In this document: positions 60,911 through 64,000 of the stretch, piece by piece
How the letters are laid out: each line of letters begins with the position of its first letter
Numbering within the stretch: the stretch's first letter is position 1
Source of the DNA: Azolla caroliniana
Lineage: Eukaryota; Plantae; Polypodiophyta
Assembly (NCBI GenBank): GCA_043228905.1
Contig: JBHGNT010000009.1
Coordinates: forward strand, 1,302,001 to 1,366,000
Length of the DNA: 64,000 nt
Direction: 5' to 3'
The notes under the pieces: generated by a model
The model's input: the letters and a program-made list of their open reading frames with translations, nothing else
Databases searched by the model: none
What the model was told of the DNA's origin: nothing
Made by a program: the position numbers and the translations under genes

Positions 60911-62582
60911 AGAGGGCTATCAAGGCATGGGGCCGCGACAGTCCGGACACTCCGGGAAAACCCCACAAATGTACGATAGAGGCGAACCCAAAGAAACCTT
61001 GTACCATAAGTAGGAAGTTTTGTTTCTCCGACAACGGAGGGTGTACGATAGTCGGCGTCGTAGGCCGAGAAAAGACAAGGGCGGAAGAGCGACTTCGGGC
61101 GTGCGGAGTTCTCGGGCCCAGCGAGGAAATCAACGGAGCCGTGGAGGCGGTCTCCTTCGACGATACCTTGGGAATACTGCGAGAGGTGGTCGGAGAGGGC
61201 CTTAAAGAGGACCGGACGATACCGGTTTGTTCAGAAGAGATGTATGAAGTCATCGCGGACTTCAGTCGAGGGCTGGAGTCGAATCGGACGGCCCGGGTTA
61301 ACACGAAGTACAAGACTGTGGACCGGAAGGTAAGGCCAGTCGCGGCACCCTTACCGGAGGGCAGCAAGTTGCGAATCAAGGGGGTCGCGTCGGACCCCAG
61401 TTTATGTGATCCGGCCTGCATAGGACACAGCTTCACCGACAGAATGCTACGGGAGCTCAAAATCGGTGGGGGCGGGTTCCTACTGCCGGCGGAAGAAGAC
61501 CGGTTTCGGAGAATGCTCAAAAGGCACGGGAAAGCCTTCGCATTCTCACTGGGAGAGATCGGGTGCGTGGACCCGACAGTCGTAAAGCCGATGGTGATAT
61601 TCACGGTACTGCATGTGCCGTGGAATCTCAAACCAATTCCGGTACCGAGAGCTCACATCCCGGAGCTGATGGAGCTGTTGAGGCAGAAAGTCGATATGGG
61701 CATCCTCGAACCGTCGAGTGCCTCGTACTCGAACCGGTGGTTTACCGTACCGAAGAAGAACGGGATGTTGCGCTTCATTCAAGACCTGCAACTGGTCAAC
61801 AGAGTGACCATTCGGAACGCAGGAATCGGACCAACGATAGACGAGTTCGCGGAGGCCTTCGCCGAAAGGTCGATCTACTCGATCGGTGATCTGTACTCAG
61901 GGTACGATCAGTTCCAACTAGCCGTAGAGAGCAGAGACATTACGACGATGTGGACTCCTCTCGGCCTAGTGCGGATGTGTACCCTGCCACAAGGAGGGAC
62001 GAACTCGGTGGCCCACATGGTGAATGCGATGAACAACGTGCTGAGGGATTGTATCTCGGACATCACCATGCCATTCTTGGACGACATCCCGATCAAGGGA
62101 TGTCCGATGGAGGTAAAGAACGAAACGATCGGACCGGACAGATGCCGGAGATTCGTGGCGACACACATTGACGACTGCGAGAGGGTGCTGCAGAGGCTAG
62201 AGGACGCGAGGCTCACCTTCTCCAGGGAGAAATCGGCCTTCGGGCAATCAGAGATCATGATCGTCGGACATCTATGCGGACCATATGGCCGGAAACCGTC
62301 TCCGGCTAAGGTGGAAGCCATCTCCGCAATGAAGCCCGACTGTAACTCGGTCACGGGGGTACGGAGGTTCTTGGGAGCATGCGCGTTCTACCACATATGG
62401 ATCCCACATTACGCCCACGTTGCCGAGCCGCTATACGGGTTGCTGAAAAAGGGGCGAAAATTCGAGTGGCGAGACAAGCATGCGGAGTCGGTCCGAAAGA
62501 TGAAGGAGGCTCTTGCTTCAGCTCCGGCACTCCGGAAGGCTGTCTACGAGAAAGGTACTCCCATCTACATAACGGTAGATAC
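60877..62582 (+). CDS. Pol (reverse transcriptase and start of RNase H), in the -1 frame relative to gag-pro, truncated by an insertion
   Basis: Open from 60877; SNRWFTVPKK, DLYSGYDQF, FLDDIPIKG, YITVDT. Confidence 0.88.
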
Positions 62583-64000
62583 TGTCAGAACCAAGGATAA
62601 AAGATAGAGTGATGGAAGAAGGATAGAGAAGAATGGATGTATAAGATAGAGAAAGAAAGAGAATGGATACAAGATATGTAATGAGAGCTAAAGACTGGTG
62701 TTGATTCGAATTGATTTGAGAATACATGTATGCGTTTATTTATAGGTTCCTATAGAATAGCTTAGAGATTTCTAGAATGTTCTAGAATGTTCTAGACCTA
62801 GAATGCTCTAGGACATTCTAGAACATTCTAGAATAATCTAGAGTTTTTACAATAATCAATGTAATACAAGAAGTAGCTTTTATTGTTTCATATAACAATA
62901 AGCTATCTTAATGGTTGAGGTTTTCAAGTATGAATTACAAGGTTCGAGGTTCAAGTCCGGGTGACACCATAATAACACTTCACGCATAATGAGATCTGCA
63001 GTTTCTTCACTATTGATGGTCTTTACACATGGTACAAAATGTACCATCTTGGTGAAGCGATCCACTACTGTTAAAATAGTATCAAAGCCTTTGGAAGGTG
63101 GCAGATCCGTAATGAAATCCATAGAAATAGACTGCCATGGCTTGTTGGGAGGGGGTAATGGTTGTAGTAAGCCATAAGGGTGATGCCGGGGTATTTTGGC
63201 GCGACAGCAGGTGTCACAAGTGCGAACATAATCTTCGACAAATTTTTGCAAGTGAGCCCACCAAAACGAACGTTTCACCAGCTCAATGGTCTTGGAAATA
63301 CCAAAATGTCCAGCCATGGGGGCATCATGACAATGTTCCAACACTTGAAGTCGGGGTGATCCATCGAGGACGTAAAGGAGATTCTTGTAGAAGAGTAAAC
63401 CATCTTGCCACTTGAAGTCCTTATAATGTTGAGATGACCCTGGCAATGTGGAGCAAGATGGACGACTTAAACCACAGTGGGCTAAGACATCCTTAGCAAA
63501 ATCATCCGAATGAAGTTGTTGCCGAATAGTGTCAAGAAGGGTAGAATCAAATGGTGTGGCATAAATTGTTGTTACCTGTAGCTTTGATGGCCCGAGGAGA
63601 GTTTGCTTTTGATTGTCAAAGGCCGAATCTCCATGTCGAAGTGCTAGATACAAACGCCGAGACAGAGCATCTGCTTTCCCTTGTTGTTTTCCGGGGCGAA
63701 AAATGATCTTGAAATCGAAACGCGTTAGAAATTGGGCCCACCGAGCTTGTCGTCTATTTAATACTCGAGCTGTTTGAAAATATGTGAGATTTTTGTGATC
63801 ACTATAAATGATAATCTGATGAGGTGATCCTTCTAGAAAATGATGCCATTGCTCGAATGAGTCGACCACAGCTAGTAACTCCTTGTCATGCACCTCATAG
63901 TTTATCTCCGAAACAGTAAACTTTCTCGAGTGAAACGCGACTGGATGTATCTGCCCGTCCTCGCCTGGTTGCGATAGGATACTCCCCAATGCAAAGTCTG
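62583..64000 (-). mobile_element. Tcn1-like chromovirus fragment: LTR ~62583-62977 and RNase H-integrase ORF truncated at the LTR
   Basis: HPVAFHSRKF..NYEVHDKELLAVV, RRQARW, HD.P.AGHFG..C.TC, PWQSISMDFITDLP and VVDRFTKM. The LTR is TTCTAGAA-rich like 19400-19480. Confidence 0.85.

Larger units (their letters stand above)
58090..62582 (+). mobile_element. 5' part of an autonomous-type Phygy-like gypsy element (LTR 58090-58739, Trp PBS, gag-pro, pol)
   Basis: LTR TGTCGTGAAG...CGCGACA, PBS at 58744-58761, coding regions as listed below. Interrupted at 62583. Confidence 0.92.

Overview
This is a eukaryotic, almost entirely transposon-derived land-plant window. A bryophyte/moss origin is inferred from the element families. 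The only clear host gene is an intronless dirigent-family gene (14449-15021, minus), with a decayed duplicate nearby. The rest is a nest of Ty3/gypsy (tRNA-Trp-primed, 4-bp TSD), Ty1/copia, Tcn1-like chromovirus, LINE and hAT remnants, nested up to six layers deep. The standout is a complete 11,452-bp Sola2-like DNA transposon (43232-54683) with 25-bp TIRs and a GTGG TSD. Besides a spliced DDD transposase it carries a convergent, fully open multi-exon accessory gene (unknown domain, coiled coil, RING-H2) and an FCP1/NIF-like probable pseudophosphatase. Its long introns are filled with tandem arrays, two of them made of the same palindromic 14-mer (TAGCTAATTAGCTA) found next to both TIRs. This layout resembles the VANDAL/VANC anti-silencing system but in an unrelated superfamily; that function is a hypothesis. 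Other points are a putative self-priming non-autonomous LTR element, CpG-centred 4-bp target sites, and a three-LTR tandem element partly duplicated together with its nested Copia. All family assignments come from motif recognition by eye, not from database searches.
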